This document shows positions 1-12,910 of a stretch of DNA of 64,000 nucleotides, in pieces. This DNA comes from Leucoraja ocellata (lineage: Eukaryota), in the NCBI GenBank assembly GCA_036785375.1, contig JAWMAR010000067.1, forward strand, positions 6,882,001-6,946,000, in the 5' to 3' direction. The translations under genes and the position numbers were made by a program. The notes under the pieces are model-generated. The model was given only the letters and a program-made list of their open reading frames with translations, ran no database searches and was not told the DNA's origin. Numbering within the stretch: position 1 is the stretch's first letter; every line of letters starts with the position of its first letter.

Positions 1-170
1 CCCGCTCCCCGCTGGTATCCCAGCGCTGTGGCCGCCGACTCCCAACATCGTGGACCTGGGGCTGCGGACGGGCGGCGCTGGATTTGGAGCGCCGCGCAAT
101 GCTGGTAAGGCATTGCCCGCTCCCCGCCTCTCCGACCAGGTAGGGGACTAAGAATTAAAGTTTCCCCCTT
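1..170 (+). mobile_element. Partial copy of the GC-rich TA-flanked MITE family (window edge)
   Basis: Matches the interior of 7585-8610 (gctccccgctggtatcccagc...taggggactaagaattaaagttt) in the same orientation. Confidence 0.8.
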
Positions 171-600
171 GTAGACATGAAACTGCAAATTTTGGAATCT
201 GGCGCAAAATACAAATTGCTGGAGGAATTCAGCAGGACATCAGCATCTGTGGAGGCAAAGGGATAGTTGACGTTTCGGGTTGTAACTGCATCTGGAGTGA
301 AAACATGGATAAAAGATCACCATTCTGGAGAGATGAGAGAGAGTTGAATGGGCAAATAGATGGAGCCAGGTAAGATGGAAATGATGGGGTGATGAAGCCA
401 GGTGGAGGGGCATAGGAGGAAGGTGATAAGTGGAATCAGATAATATAGGAATGATGGGCAGTTGTAACTAGATTGGGGATGAGGATGGAGAGATAGGCCT
501 TCAGAGAAGAAACTCAGGTGATGGGCAGGTAGAATCGAGGAATGTGAACAAAAGGGAGAGAACATGGATGGACTGATGGGAGTGGAGTAAAGATGATTAT
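171..600 (-). mobile_element. Penelope-like terminal repeat fragment plus purine-rich flank
   Basis: tgctggaggaattcagcagg...cagcatctgtggaggcaaagggatagttgacgtttcggg matches the repeat at the end of the Penelope element at 53925-54925. Confidence 0.55.
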
Positions 601-1524
601 TTTGATGGTGGTTTAGAAATTCTTCAAAGATTGGATGTTATACCATTTTGTATGTACAGGAAGGAAGTGGACAATATATGCTGTACAATGCAGAGTCTGA
701 AGGACGTTCCAGAAGGATAAGGATGTTACTTAAGTTGTACAGAACTGTAATAAATAACATTTGCAGCCTTTTTGATAAGAAATTACTGAAAACACAAACC
801 AGCAATTGGCCTTGTGGAGTTATGGTTAAGGAAGTTGTGCAACTCAAATATGTAAATTAATTCTGTTTTTGTTTGTCTTAATTATTATATTTTTTGGGCA
901 ATTAAAACATAATATTTAAACTTTCTGTCATTCATAACTTGTCCAGAAAAATCAGATTGAAATAGTTAAAGGTGTAAATTGCAGTGTGTCTGGGTACATG
1001 ATCTGTTCTACCAGATATAAAAATTGATAACCTATTCCATCCATCTGTTAGTGTTTTTTGTTTAGTTTCATGTGGAATTCAGAAATGGTTCATTGGCTAA
1101 GTGCTGATTTTTGCACACAAAGCTTTAAATCTTGTCCGATTATATTATGAAAAAAAAAAATTGTTTGTATATAATCTGCAGTCTTTGTTATGTTACTGAT
1201 TTTGCAAAGGTCTTTGACTATGTATATAGAAAAATTCCATAATATATTTTGCATTAAAGAAAATAATTACAATTGTATTTCTGTATTATATAGAAGAAAA
1301 TGGAAACATGGAAGATGCTTCGCTTTCACTGAAGGAAGATTTATGTTTTTTGATTTTGTATTTTAAAAATTATTTTGAAATCGTATAGTAAAGTACACTT
1401 GCATGGACAAAAATGCAAAGTTAAAGGCAATTGTTTGTCTAGTTGAAGAATTGTTTAAATGATATTTTATTTGCAAATAGCCTGTAATTTATGTGTCTCT
1501 TGCTTTCTTTCAGGAAAGTGAAAA

Positions 1525-2370
1525 ATGGGAGCATTTTTGGATAAACCAAAAACAGAGAAACATAATGCACATGGTGCAGGAAATGATTTGCATTATGGCC
1601 TTAGCAGCATGCAGGGTTGGAGAGTGGAGATGGAAGATGCTCATACAGCTACTGTTGGCATTCCTCAAGGCTTGGACACGTGGTCCTTCTTTGCTGTGTA
1701 TGATGGCCATGCCGGCTCTCGAGTGGCAAACTACTGTTCAAAGCACTTACTTGAACACATCACAAGTAATGAAGACTTCAGAGGCACAAATGTGTCTGGT
1801 TATCCAATTGAACCTACCATAGAGCATGTCAAGAGTGGTATCAGAACTGGATTTTTGAAAATTGATGAGTACATGCGTAATTTTTCAGAGCTGAGAAATG
1901 GCATGGACAGGAGTGGGTCGACAGCTGTTGCAGTGATGATCTCCCCGGAGCACACTTACTTTATCAACTGTGGCGACTCGAGAGCTGTTCTGTACAGAAA
2001 TGCACAACTTTGCTTTTCAACGCAGGATCATAAGCCTTGCAACCCAAGGGAGAAAGAGCGAATCCAGAATGCAGGGGGCAGTGTAATGATACAGCGAGTT
2101 AATGGGTCACTAGCTGTGTCAAGAGCGTTGGGGGATTACGATTACAAGTGTGTCGATGGGAAAGGGCCTACAGAGCAGCTGGTATCTCCAGAACCTGAAG
2201 TGTATGAGATTCTTAGAGCAGAAGAAGATGAATTTATTATACTGGCTTGCGATGGCATCTGGGATGTGATGTCGAATGAGGAGCTCTGTGAGTTCGCTAG
2301 ATCTAGACTAGAGATAACGGATGACCTTGAAAAGATCTGCAACTGGGTGGTGGACACCTGCTTACACAAG
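1525..2370 (+). CDS. PPM1B: PPM1B (PP2C-beta) first coding exon; exon begins at 1514 with 11 nt of 5' UTR
   Basis: [20 protein letters not shown]-terminus (Gly2 myristoylation motif; AHGAG is the PPM1B rather than PPM1A form). PP2C motifs [52 protein letters not shown]. Acceptor tttctttcag|G at 1513/1514, donor AAG|gtagtt at 2370/2371; 846 coding nt. Confidence 0.97.
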
Positions 2371-3759
2371 GTAGTTAATATGTATTTTTATGAATTCATT
2401 TACATTTTTGAAATACATTTTGGGTAAAATGCATCTGGTAATGTGCACTGAATTATGAATTTCAGACAAGAGTTAAAAAGTGGACTTGCGTGAACTAACA
2501 TCTAACATGCTTGATATAATTTCCTTTATTTCATACATGTTTGAATAAGTATGTGAAACTCGTTACACCTCTTGATCTTTTTAATGCTAATTTTGGTAAT
2601 GATTAATAATTGTATTTAGTTTAATCCTACATATTCCAGAATATCATTTAGTATAAGTTTGCATTTGTGCAAAATACACGCAGTGGTTTCTTAAATTCCT
2701 TGGTTGCACATTTGACAAATAGCCTATCTATTTCAACAGGTGAAACAAATTGTGAATTTTGCTTCAATCGCTATTCAATGACAACTGCTGAAAATGTAGA
2801 TAAAAATGGTATTTGTCTTTTTAAATGTCCTCTCATCATTTGGACCATTTGTGTTTAACATATCCTCTTAATGCCTACAAAAGAAATATGACATTTTAGG
2901 AGGGAAAATAAGAGAACATTTCAAGTTTGCATCTAAAGTTTTAAATTTGTTCAATAATTATCCTATGTCTTTAACCAGTCAGAGCTCAGAAGTTAAGTAC
3001 CTCAAGAATAATTTGGATCTGTCAAAATAAAAATGTCCTTTTTTTTCAGTGCTGGAATTTGTAAGCTGGAAGTGTGTTATTTTGCCATGTTAGCCCAATA
3101 TTTTAAATGGTAGTTGAGATAATTTGTGCCTGAATAGTATTTGTGTGGCTGGAGCTAAGAGCTATGTTGTTGTTGTGACACCTTGGATGTAGCCTGGTCC
3201 TTCAGTCAGACCAGACACCTGACTCCGTCTATACTTCATGCTGCCAAGGGATAAGCTGCCAACATAATCAAAGGCGTCCCACACAAGTCATTTCTTCTTT
3301 TCGCCCCCATCAGGAAGAAGATGGGAGAAGCTTGAAAACACACACGACAAGATTTAGGAACAGCTTCTTCCCCTGTGTTATAAGGCGTCCATAAGCTTAG
3401 GATACTGTCCGAAGTATAGTGATGACATCTGCAATATTTTTCCTTTGAGGTGTAGCGATTGTTCTCTTGTTTTGAAAATGATTATCAGAGATTTTGGATA
3501 GATTCTTATGCAATATCATGAAGAGATGTGGGCCACCTAAAGTTCTCACCTATTAAGGAATGGAGCAAATGTCATATGTTCTGATTTTATATTTATTTAT
3601 TTTAGATATATAGTTGAAGTTTCATTCTATACGAGAGGGGAGATATTTTACAGCTGTTAAGAAAATGTGCTTGGGTGTTTTCTTCGATTGATAAAATTAG
3701 TCAGATTCACAATAATTTCTTGGATTTTTCAGAATAGTTGGAATGTATGCATGTGTTTA

Positions 3760-6700
3760 GAAACATAAAAACAGAGAAAATAGGTGCAGGATGAGACTCG
3801 TCCTTCTAAACTCCAGTGAATACAAGCCTAGTCTTTTCAATCTTTCCTCGTATGACAGTCCCGTCATCCCAGGGATCAATCTCGTGAACCTACGCTGCAC
3901 TGCCTCAATCACAAGGATGTCCTTCCTCAAATTAGGAGACCAAAACTATACGCAATACTCCAGGTGTGGTCTTACCAGAGACCTATACAACTGCAGAAGA
4001 ACCTCTTTACTCCTATACTGAGATCCTATTGTTATGAAAGCCAACATTCCATTAGCTTTCTTCACTGCCTGCTGTACCTGCACGCCAACTTTCAGTGAAT
4101 GGAGTACAAGGAAACCCAGATCTCGCTGTACCTCCCCCTTACCTAACCTAACCCCATTGAGATAATAATCTGCCCCCTTGTTTTTGCTGCCAAAGTGGTT
4201 AACTGAACATTTATGTATATTATACTGCATCTGCCACACATCTGTCCACTCACTCAACCTGTCCAGGTCAGCCTGCAACCTCCTAACATCCTCTTCACAG
4301 TTCACACTGCCACCCAGCTTTGTGTCATCCGCAAACTTGCTAGTGTTGCTCCTAATTCCCTCTTCCAAATCATTAATATATATGGTAAACAGTTTTCAGT
4401 TTTCAACACCGAGCCTTGCGGCACTCCACTCGCCACTGCCTGCCATTCTGAAAAGGACCCGTTCACTCCTACTCTTTGCTTCTGGTCTGCCAACCAATTT
4501 TCTATCCATGTCAACACCCTACCCCCAAAACCATGTGCTCTAATTTTAGTCACCAGTCTCCCGTGCGGGACCTTATCAAAGGCTTTCTGAAAGTCTAGAT
4601 GCACTACATCCACTGGCTCCCCTTCATCCATTTTACTTGTCATATCCTCAAAAAATCCCAAAAGATTAGTCAAGCAGGATTTTCCTTTCATAAATCCATG
4701 CTGACTTGGACTAATTATTTTACTGCTATCCAAATGCCCCATTATTACCACTTTAATAATTGACTCCATCTTGCCCACCACTGAAGTCGAGCTAACTGGT
4801 CTGTAATTCAGTTTTCTCTCTCGCTCCTTTCTTGAAAATTAGGATAACATTAGCTATCCTCCAATCCACATGAACTGATCCTGAATTTATTGAACATTGG
4901 AAAATGATCACCGATGCGTCCACTATTTCGAGAGCCACCTCCATGAGGACCCTGGGATGCAGACCACCAGGCCCAGGGGATTTATCATCCTTCAGTCCCA
5001 TTACCCTACCCAATATTATCTCTCGCCCAATGAAAATGTATTTCAGTTCCTCTACCCCCTTAGACCCTCTGTCCTCCAGTACATCTGGGAGATTGTGCCT
5101 TCCTTAGTGAAGACAGATCCGAAGTACCTATTCAACTCTTCTGCCATTTCCATGTTCTCCATAATAATTTTACCTGTGTCTGCCTTCAAGGGACCCACAT
5201 TTGACTTTGCTATTCTTTTTCCCCTTAACATATCTAAAGAAGCTTTTACTGTCCTTTACATTCTTGGCCAGCTTCCCCTCGTACTTCATCTTGCCCGTTT
5301 TGTTACCTTCTGTTGTCCTATGAAAGTTTCCCAATCCTCTGGCTTCCGGCTACTCTTTGCTGTTATACATCTTTTCTTTTTGTTTTATTCTATCCCTAAC
5401 TTCTCCTGTCAGTCACGGCTTCCTCCTACTCCCCTTAGAATCTTTCTTCCTTTTTGGAATGAAATGATCCTGCGTTTCTGGATTATGCCCAGAAATTCCT
5501 GCCATTGCTGTTCCACTGTCATTACTGCTAGGATCCATTTCCAGTCTACCATGGCCAGCTCCTCTCTCATGCCTTCATAGTCCCCTTTGTTCAACTGCTC
5601 CACTGACACTTCCGATTTAACCTTCTATTTCTCAAATTGCAGATTAAAACTAATCATATTATGATCACTGCCTCCTTTACCTCTAGTTCTCTTATCAAAT
5701 CTGGTTCATTGGACAACACTAAATCCAGAATTGCCTTTTCTCTGGTCGGTTCCATTACAAATGTTTTTTTTTTTTTAATAGTTGGGGCCCGTTGCAGGTC
5801 TGGGTGAGTGAGGCCCGAAGTTTCAGGAGAATCAAAGCGAGGTCCCGCTGGTGTTGGCGCATCGCAGCGAGAGTAGATCTCAGTGCCCGGTGGGAGAATT
5901 GCTGTGTATGAAGTAGGGGTTTGGACTGAAACGTTGCCTATTTCCTTCACTCCGTAGATGCTGTGGCACCCGCTGAGTTTCTCCAGCATTTTTGTCTTCC
6001 TCCGGTTCCATTACAAGCTGCTCTAAGAATCCATCTTGGAGGCACTCTACAAACTCTCTTTCTTGGGGTCCTGAACCAACCTGATTTTCCCAGTCTACCT
6101 GCATATTGAAATCCCCCGTCACCACAGTGGCATTATCTTTGTTACATGCAAGTTTTAACCCCTGCTGCAACTTACACCCTACATCTGGGCTACTATTTGG
6201 GGGTAGGTAGATAACACTAAATAGTGTCTTCTTGCCTTTGCAATTCCTCAACTCAATCCACAGTGACTCTACCTCGTCAGTCCCTATGTCTTCCCTCGCA
6301 AGGGACTGAATTCCATCCCTCACCAGCAGAGCTAACCACTCCTCCACCCGCCCTCTACCCACGTGCCTGTCCTTTCTATAGGACGTATAACCCTGAATAT
6401 TAAGTTGCCAGGCCCAATCCTCCTGCAGCCACGTCTCGGTAATCCCCACAATGTCATATCTACCAACCTCTAACTGAGCCTCAAGCTCATCTACTTTACT
6501 GCTTATACTTCGCGCATTCAAATCTAATACTCTTAATTCCTTACGCATCTCACCTTTCACATCGATCCCTATTACACTTGGCCATACTCTCCTATCCCTT
6601 TGTGAGCTTTCTTTCCCGTTAATTCTGGGGTCATTAACTATCCCTTCTCTCCCTTTCCCTTGAACTCCATCCTTGACTATCCCATTTGACACCTCCCCCC

Positions 6701-7445
6701 CCCCCCCCCCCCCCCGCCCCCCGTCGCAAGTGTCACAGTGGCAAACCTGCCTGCCAGAATGCCGGTCCCCACCTGTTAAGGTGCGATCTGTCCCTTTTGT
6801 GCAGTTCCCCCTTACTCCAAAACAGATCCCAGTGGTCTAAGAATCTAAATCCCTGCCCCTTGCACCAGTTCCTCAGCCACACATTCATGACCTGTATCTC
6901 CCTGTTCCTGCTATTGCCAGCATGAGGAACTGGAAGCAAACTGGAGATAACCAACCTGGAGATCCTGCTTTTCAGCACTTTTCCGAGATCTCTAAAGTCA
7001 CGCTTCACAATATTCATCCCCTTCTTTCCGACATTGTTTGTGCCAACATGCACCACAACTTCTGGCTGTTCACTTTCGCTCTTGAGGATTTTCTGCACTC
7101 TGTTCGTGACATCCTGGTTCCTGGCACCAGGGAGGCAGCACACCATCCTCGAATCCCATCTGTTGCCGCAGAAACCCCTGTCCGTACCTCTCCCAATGGA
7201 GTCTCCAACTACCTGTTGCCTGACGTCGGGCCTCTTTGGTTTTGGCTCAACAGCTCTTTTTGCTTCGCAAGCCTGTGCGCCGCTCAGTGTGTTAACGTCT
7301 TTTGTCCCTTCTAAGTGGGTGAACCTGTTCACAAGAGGTACAACACCCGGGGACCTTTGCATTCCATGTTTCCATCCCTTTCTCACCGTCACCCACCTTC
7401 TCTCTTCCAGTACCTTAGGTGTAACAATCTTACTGTAGGACTCGC
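3760..7445 (-). mobile_element. Near full-length degenerate CR1 LINE (ORF1 SGNH esterase, ORF2 APE endonuclease + RT)
   Basis: ORF1 VVGDS...VVVHVGTNN...HLN (6733-7392); endonuclease LNARS, GITETW, GDFN (5880-6692); RT QHGF, LDFQKAFDKVPH, SGVPQGS, KFADDTKL; frameshifted; 3' tail remnant near 3760-3790. Confidence 0.92.
5761..6002 (-). mobile_element. Poly(A)-tailed retroposed insert inside the CR1, 14-bp TSD
   Basis: cggttccattacaa duplicated at 5747-5760 and 6003-6016; poly(T) on + at ~5764-5777; the 5' part is a Penelope-type terminal repeat. Confidence 0.8.
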
Positions 7446-7584
7446 CTGATGAAAGAAGAAAAGGATTGCAGAACCTTCAAGAATATTATTCTTTACAACG
7501 TGCACTGAGAAATAAAATAATTCCGACACTCCACAGTAATATGGAAATGATAAATATGGAAAAAGATTTCCTGGTTTCATAGTA

Positions 7585-8610
7585 CAGGTGCACAACCTTT
7601 TATCTGAAAGCCTTGGGACCAGACACTTGTCGGATTTCGGACATTTTCGGATTTCCGAATGGAAGATTTTTAGCGTAGATTAGGTAGGTAGCGCGGGCGG
7701 CTTGAAAAGTCTGGAGCGACTGCCTCCTCCCCGGAGACCGGGGAATCATTGTAAATCATTGCATAAATGTTAGTCAGTTAGTTTGGAGGGATTTTATGTG
7801 GTGGTGGTGGTGGGGTGGGGTGAAGGGGGAAACTTTAATTCTTAGTCCCCTACCTGGTCGGCGACTCCCAACATCGCGGAGCTGGGGGCTCCGTCCGGCC
7901 GCGGGTGGCGCCGGTTGGAGCTCCGACCCCGGCAACTCTTATTCTGGCTGCGCGGCGCTCCAAATCCAGCGCCGCCCGCGGCCGGACGCCCACAGCCCCA
8001 GCTCCTTGAATGTTGGTAGCCGGCGGCCACAGCGCTCCGGAGCTTACCGCACGGCTCCCCGCTGGTATCCCAGCACTGCGACGCTGCCGACTCCCAACAT
8101 TCGCGGAGCTGGGGCTGCAGGCGTCCGGCCGCGGGCGGCGGTGGATTTGGAGCGCCTCGCAGCCAGGGGTAGAGTTGCCAGGGTCGGAGCTACAACCGGC
8201 GTCGCCCGCGGCCGGACGCCCGCAGCCCTAGCTGGGAGTTGGCGGCCACAGCGCTGCGGAGCTTACTGCACGGCGACCCGGTAAGGCATTGACCGCTCCC
8301 CGCCTCTCCGACCAGGTAGGGGACTAAGAATTAAAGTTTACCCCTTCACCCCCCCACCCCCTTCACATAAAAGCCCTCCAAACTAACTGACTAACATTTA
8401 AGCAATGATTTACAGTTGTTTAAGTGTCTCCCTGGTCTCCGCGGAGGAGGCAGCCGCTACAGTAGTACAGACCTGGGTTGACCGTGGGTCGTTCCGGGTT
8501 AAGTTTGGCGTCAAACGCGAGCTTTGGTGTGCAGACGACATCCTGGAAAAAATGGCCGATTTTCGGAGTTTTTCGGTTTCCGGAACTCCGGATAAAAGGT
8601 TGTGCACCTG
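7585..8610 (+). mobile_element. Non-autonomous Tc1/mariner-superfamily (pogo/Tigger-like) MITE, copy 1
   Basis: TA|CAGGTGCACAACCTTTTATC...GATAAAAGGTTGTGCACCTG|TA; GC-rich interior with a nested inverted repeat (~7720-7862 vs ~8308-8460); no transposase. Confidence 0.9.
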
Positions 8611-9059
8611 TACTGAGATAGATTATTTTCCCACCTTTAAACAATCAAGTAAGCTTCAGTTGATTAGGATAATTGATGCCACCTTCGCTTGAATCATTTA
8701 GTTTTCCGATCATTGACATGATCTTTTTATAATACTTGAGAATATTAATGCTGGGGTAACTTAATCTGATGAACTGTACACAGCTGAAAAATTCCTGGTA
8801 ACTAATCTTGCATTCTAATGCTTCTAATTTGTACCAAGATCCCCTGGTCATGAAATACAGAAAATTCAGGAAGGACTTAAAACATCTAGCAACACCAGTA
8901 AAAGGAAAACCAGTTAACATCTCAGTTCTGAGTCTGAAAATATACTTTTTGTTTCAATTTCTTCCAATTCTCCATACACTTTTTGGTTGTGGAAGTGCAG
9001 AGGGGAGTAGTTTGCTGATGTGCGAGAGGAAAACTTCAAGAGTCAAGTCCTGAAATGGA

Positions 9060-9830
9060 ACAATGACATTCTTACTTGCAGCAACACAACAGATATGTAA
9101 ACATAGTACTCTGTAAACACCATAATAAACTACAAAAATAGTTCAGTCTTTATATAAAAAAAACAAACAATAATAGTGCAGACAAAAACAATGACCCCCA
9201 GTCTATATAGTTTGGAGGTTATTGGGAAGTTGTAGCATTTAATAGCCTGATAGTTGTTGGGATGAAGCTCCTTCTGAATCTGGACCTGAACTTTACAGTT
9301 TTCAGGCTCCTATACCACCTTACTGATGGCAGGAGTGACACGAGAGCGTGGCCAGAATGGTGTGGGTCTCTGATGCTGCTGGTGGTATTTTTGAGGCAGC
9401 AACTGTAGATCCCTTCGCTCGTGGAAAGGTCAGTACCTGTGATGGACTGGGCAAATTTGAAGATGGAGTTGGAAATGTGTCCAGCAACACAGCCATGGGA
9501 ATAGAGTGAATAGAGCAGGAGGCTGAGCACGGTCTTGAAGTCCGCCTGTGCTGATGATTATCGAGGAAGAAGTGGTTACTGCCAATTTGTACTGATTGTG
9601 TTTAGTTGATGAAGAAGTCGAGGATTCAGTTACAGAATGCACAGTGATCAGTTCTGTGAGCTTGGTAACCAATTTGGAGAGGAGGGTGATGTTAAATGCT
9701 GAGCTGTAGTCTATGAACAACAGCCTAACATATGTATTTTTATTGTCCAAGTGGTCCTATGCAGAGTGGAGAGCCAGTGAGATCGTATCCTCTGTTGTTA
9801 TGTTGTGGCAGTAGGCAAATTATCGTGGGT
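9060..9830 (-). mobile_element. Rex1/Babar-type LINE 3' fragment
   Basis: DNKNTYVRLLFIDYSSAFN, LLYSLYSHGC, DPHHSGH...LLPS...FRRSFIPTTIRLLN. Confidence 0.8.
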
Positions 9831-10375
9831 CTCAGGTGCTTGAGTTGAATTGCAGTCGACTAAGTATTTCTTAAGAAAAATGTATTGTAGAAATAGTATT
9901 TTTGGATAACTAGCAGGAGGACATAAATAGACCCCTTAGAAACTGTTTAATTTTATCCCACAGATCTGTAATCATTTGGTAAGTACTTTTGTGAACTGCT
10001 ATTTTATGCTATTATTGCGAGTGACAGACTGGTTGGGATTTTCAGTCATAGGTTTGTGTTCGGAGTAAAATAATGGGATTTATAAATAGATTAGGAAAGA
10101 GGTCTGTGCTTCCACTCCCATCTGTAAATTTTATTTGGTAGTGTTTTATCAGAAGCCAGCATCACAATGTTTTAAAATATCCACCATAAAATAGTCTGGT
10201 ACTTTCCTCTTCTGTAAAACTAGTAGAGGATTAAAAATAGACTGTTGAAATAAATAGCACTCCCATGAGGTGCTAACCTAGTAGCTGCATAAATGCAATT
10301 AAAAAACAAATAAATAAAAAATATATATACATATATACATATATATTCATACACATAAATATATATATAAATATA

Positions 10376-11326
10376 CAGGTGCACAACCTTTTATCCGGTG
10401 TTCCGGAAACCGAAAAACTCCGAAAACCGGCCATTTTTTCCAGATGTCGTCTGCACACCAAAGCTCGCGTTTGGCGCCAAACTTGACCCGAAACGACCCA
10501 CGGTCAACCCAGGTCTGTACTACTGTAGCGGCTGCCTCCTCCCCAGAGACTGGGGAAACACTTAAACATCTGTAAATCATTGCTTAAATGTTAGTCAGTT
10601 AGTTTGGAGGACTTTTATGTGAAGGGGGGGGGTTGAAGGGGTAAACTTTAATTCTTAGTCCCCTACCTGGTTGGAGAGGCGGGGAGCGGTCAATGCCTTA
10701 CCGGGTCGCCGTGCAGTAAGCTCCGCAGCGCTGTGGCCGCCAAATCCCAGCTGGGGCTGCGGGCGGCGCCGGTTGTAGCTCCGACCCTGGCAACTCTACC
10801 CCTGGCTGCGAGGCTCCGCAAATGTTGGGAGTCGGCAGCGTCGCAGCGCTGGGATACCAGCGGGAAGCGGGCAATGCTTTACCGGGTCGCTGTGCGGTAA
10901 GCTCCAGGGCGCTGAGGCCGCCTTCTCCCAACGTTCGCGGAGCTGGGGGCTGCGGGCGGCGCTGGATTTGGAGCGCCGCGCAGCCAGGGGTCGAGTTGCC
11001 GGGGTCGGAGCTACAACCGGCGCTGCCCGCGGCCGGACGGAGCCCCCAGCTCCGCGATGTTGGGAGTCGCCGACCAGGTAGGGGACTAAGAATTAAAGTT
11101 TCCCCCTTCACCCCCCACCACCACCACCACATAAAATCCCTCCAAACTAACTGACTAACATTTATGCAATGATTTACAATGATTCCCCGGTCTCCGGGGA
11201 GGAGGCAGCCGCTCCAGACTTTTCAAGCCGCCCGCGCTACCTACCTAATCTACGCTAAAAATCTTCCATTCGGAAATCCGAAAATGTCCGAAATCCGACA
11301 AGTGTCTGGTCCCAAGGCTTTCGGAT
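10376..11326 (-). mobile_element. MITE copy 2, inverted relative to copy 1, far TIR truncated
   Basis: TA|CAGGTGCACAACCTTTTATCCGG at 10376 next to an (AT)n tract; reverse complement of 7585-8610; ends at ...ggctttcggat, missing the last 17 bp of the TIR. Confidence 0.9.
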
Positions 11327-12910
11327 CCTTTTTTTTAAAGGAACAAATGATCGGAGTGTTATGTAGACAAATCCTTTAAGGTGGGAGGACTAAGTGAGTA
11401 TCTTTAAAAAAGATATTGGGAATTGTAAACATGCATGTTTACAAAAACAATTCAATGCTGGTCACCACAGTTATGGAGGGGTGCAAGTATTTGGAAGGAA
11501 TATATGCACTAAAGTGAAACTAGAGGTGAAGGCCATTTATAAGCTGAGCCCTAAGAAATTGGCATTGTGATCTTTCGAGTAGATGTAATGGAAATGTTCA
11601 GTTATGCAAGGTTTCATTCAATAAAGACAAACTATTTTCACTGCAGGGGGGTTGAGGTTTAAATGAAAGTAGCAGGTGGACAGCGCAATATATTCAAGAA
11701 TGAGCAGAGTGCAAAATCCCCACAAACTCCTGAGGACTTCTGACCTCACATGAAGTGGAAGAACATTTGTGATGGTGTTGAGAACCTCCAAAGCCATGCA
11801 TTATGAACACAAAGCATTGCATAAGTGGTAGAATGAGTGCACTGCCTGAAGAAGACCACACTGAAGAAATCAACTGCTGTTAATTACCTGGGTTACTGTG
11901 TCTTCCAAAATCATAATCTCTTCCAAAGAAGGGCGATGGCTTCAGGTGCATGGGGATATCATAACTTGATGTACCTTTCCAAGTCCACACAATTCTGACT
12001 TGAAAATATGTCACTCTTCCTTTGTGGTGTCCAATTCCTGGAAGTTCTTCAGTAGAATTGTAGTACGTTCCAGGGGGAATTGGTGGTTCAGCATCTCTTC
12101 ACTGCCCTCGCAAATGCATTAAGGAATTAACAATAAATTCTGTTCTTCCCTGTATCAGCCACATTCTGAAAAATTAATAAATATCACATTTTACATTTTT
12201 TGCTGATGACATTGTTACTCCTGGTCAAATTGGGGAGGCCTGGACCCTAAAATTGAGTAAAGACTTCAGGGCTGCTAGGCCATTTGGTCAATTTAAAAGT
12301 GCTTTCTGTTGAAATGGGACAAGCTGCAGAATGGTGCCTATATTGGACTCGCTGAATGTCCCTGTCCAGCAAGCTAAACAATTGATCCAATAAAGACCAG
12401 TAGAGATGAGCTGTCGTTTGATGCTTTACTGTATTCAACTGTGAAAAGACATTGCGTCTAACAAACTCAGTGAGGAAGGATGGCAGCAGATTAAACACTG
12501 GTGAATTACACTGTCTAAACACCTTGAGGATACCCTTTCTGAGCTGCACTTCCTTGTTTATGCCAACTTCCTGTCTAATAGGAAATGATGCTGACCCAGA
12601 ACTTGGGACCGCGTGACACTTAATGCTGCTGACCCAGAACTTCTAGTCGGTGGCACTAATGCATTTAAACAAAATACAGTCCAGTACAGTGCCAGTTTGT
12701 CTGAAGCCTAGATCAGAGCTGCAGGAAGGGAATGGGAACATCTGCAGACCCTGACAATTAGGTGCAAAATGCATAGAATGGATTGGATGAATGCAAACCA
12801 GACATACACTTTGTAAATAATTGTGAATAATGTTGCAAAGCTTTACTTTGCTGAATGTTGATTGGATTAAGTATTGATCCTTGTCTGGTTTTCTTGCATA
12901 TCAGGGCAAA

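Noticed and set aside
2371-2427. Last 18 aa of the 300-aa ORF (VVNMYFYEF...)
   Set aside because: Read-through into the intron past the GT donor; PP2C homology resumes at 32229.
4178-5580. + strand ORFs over CR1 (also 34370-35035 and 37438-37932 antisense)
   Set aside because: Antisense shadows of LINE ORF2.
7796-8284. Long GC-rich ORFs here and at 10698-11154, 13953-14870, 23572-25677 and 40248-40775
   Set aside because: Low-complexity Pro/Gly/Arg frames inside repeats; stop codons are scarce because of GC content and no domains are recognisable.
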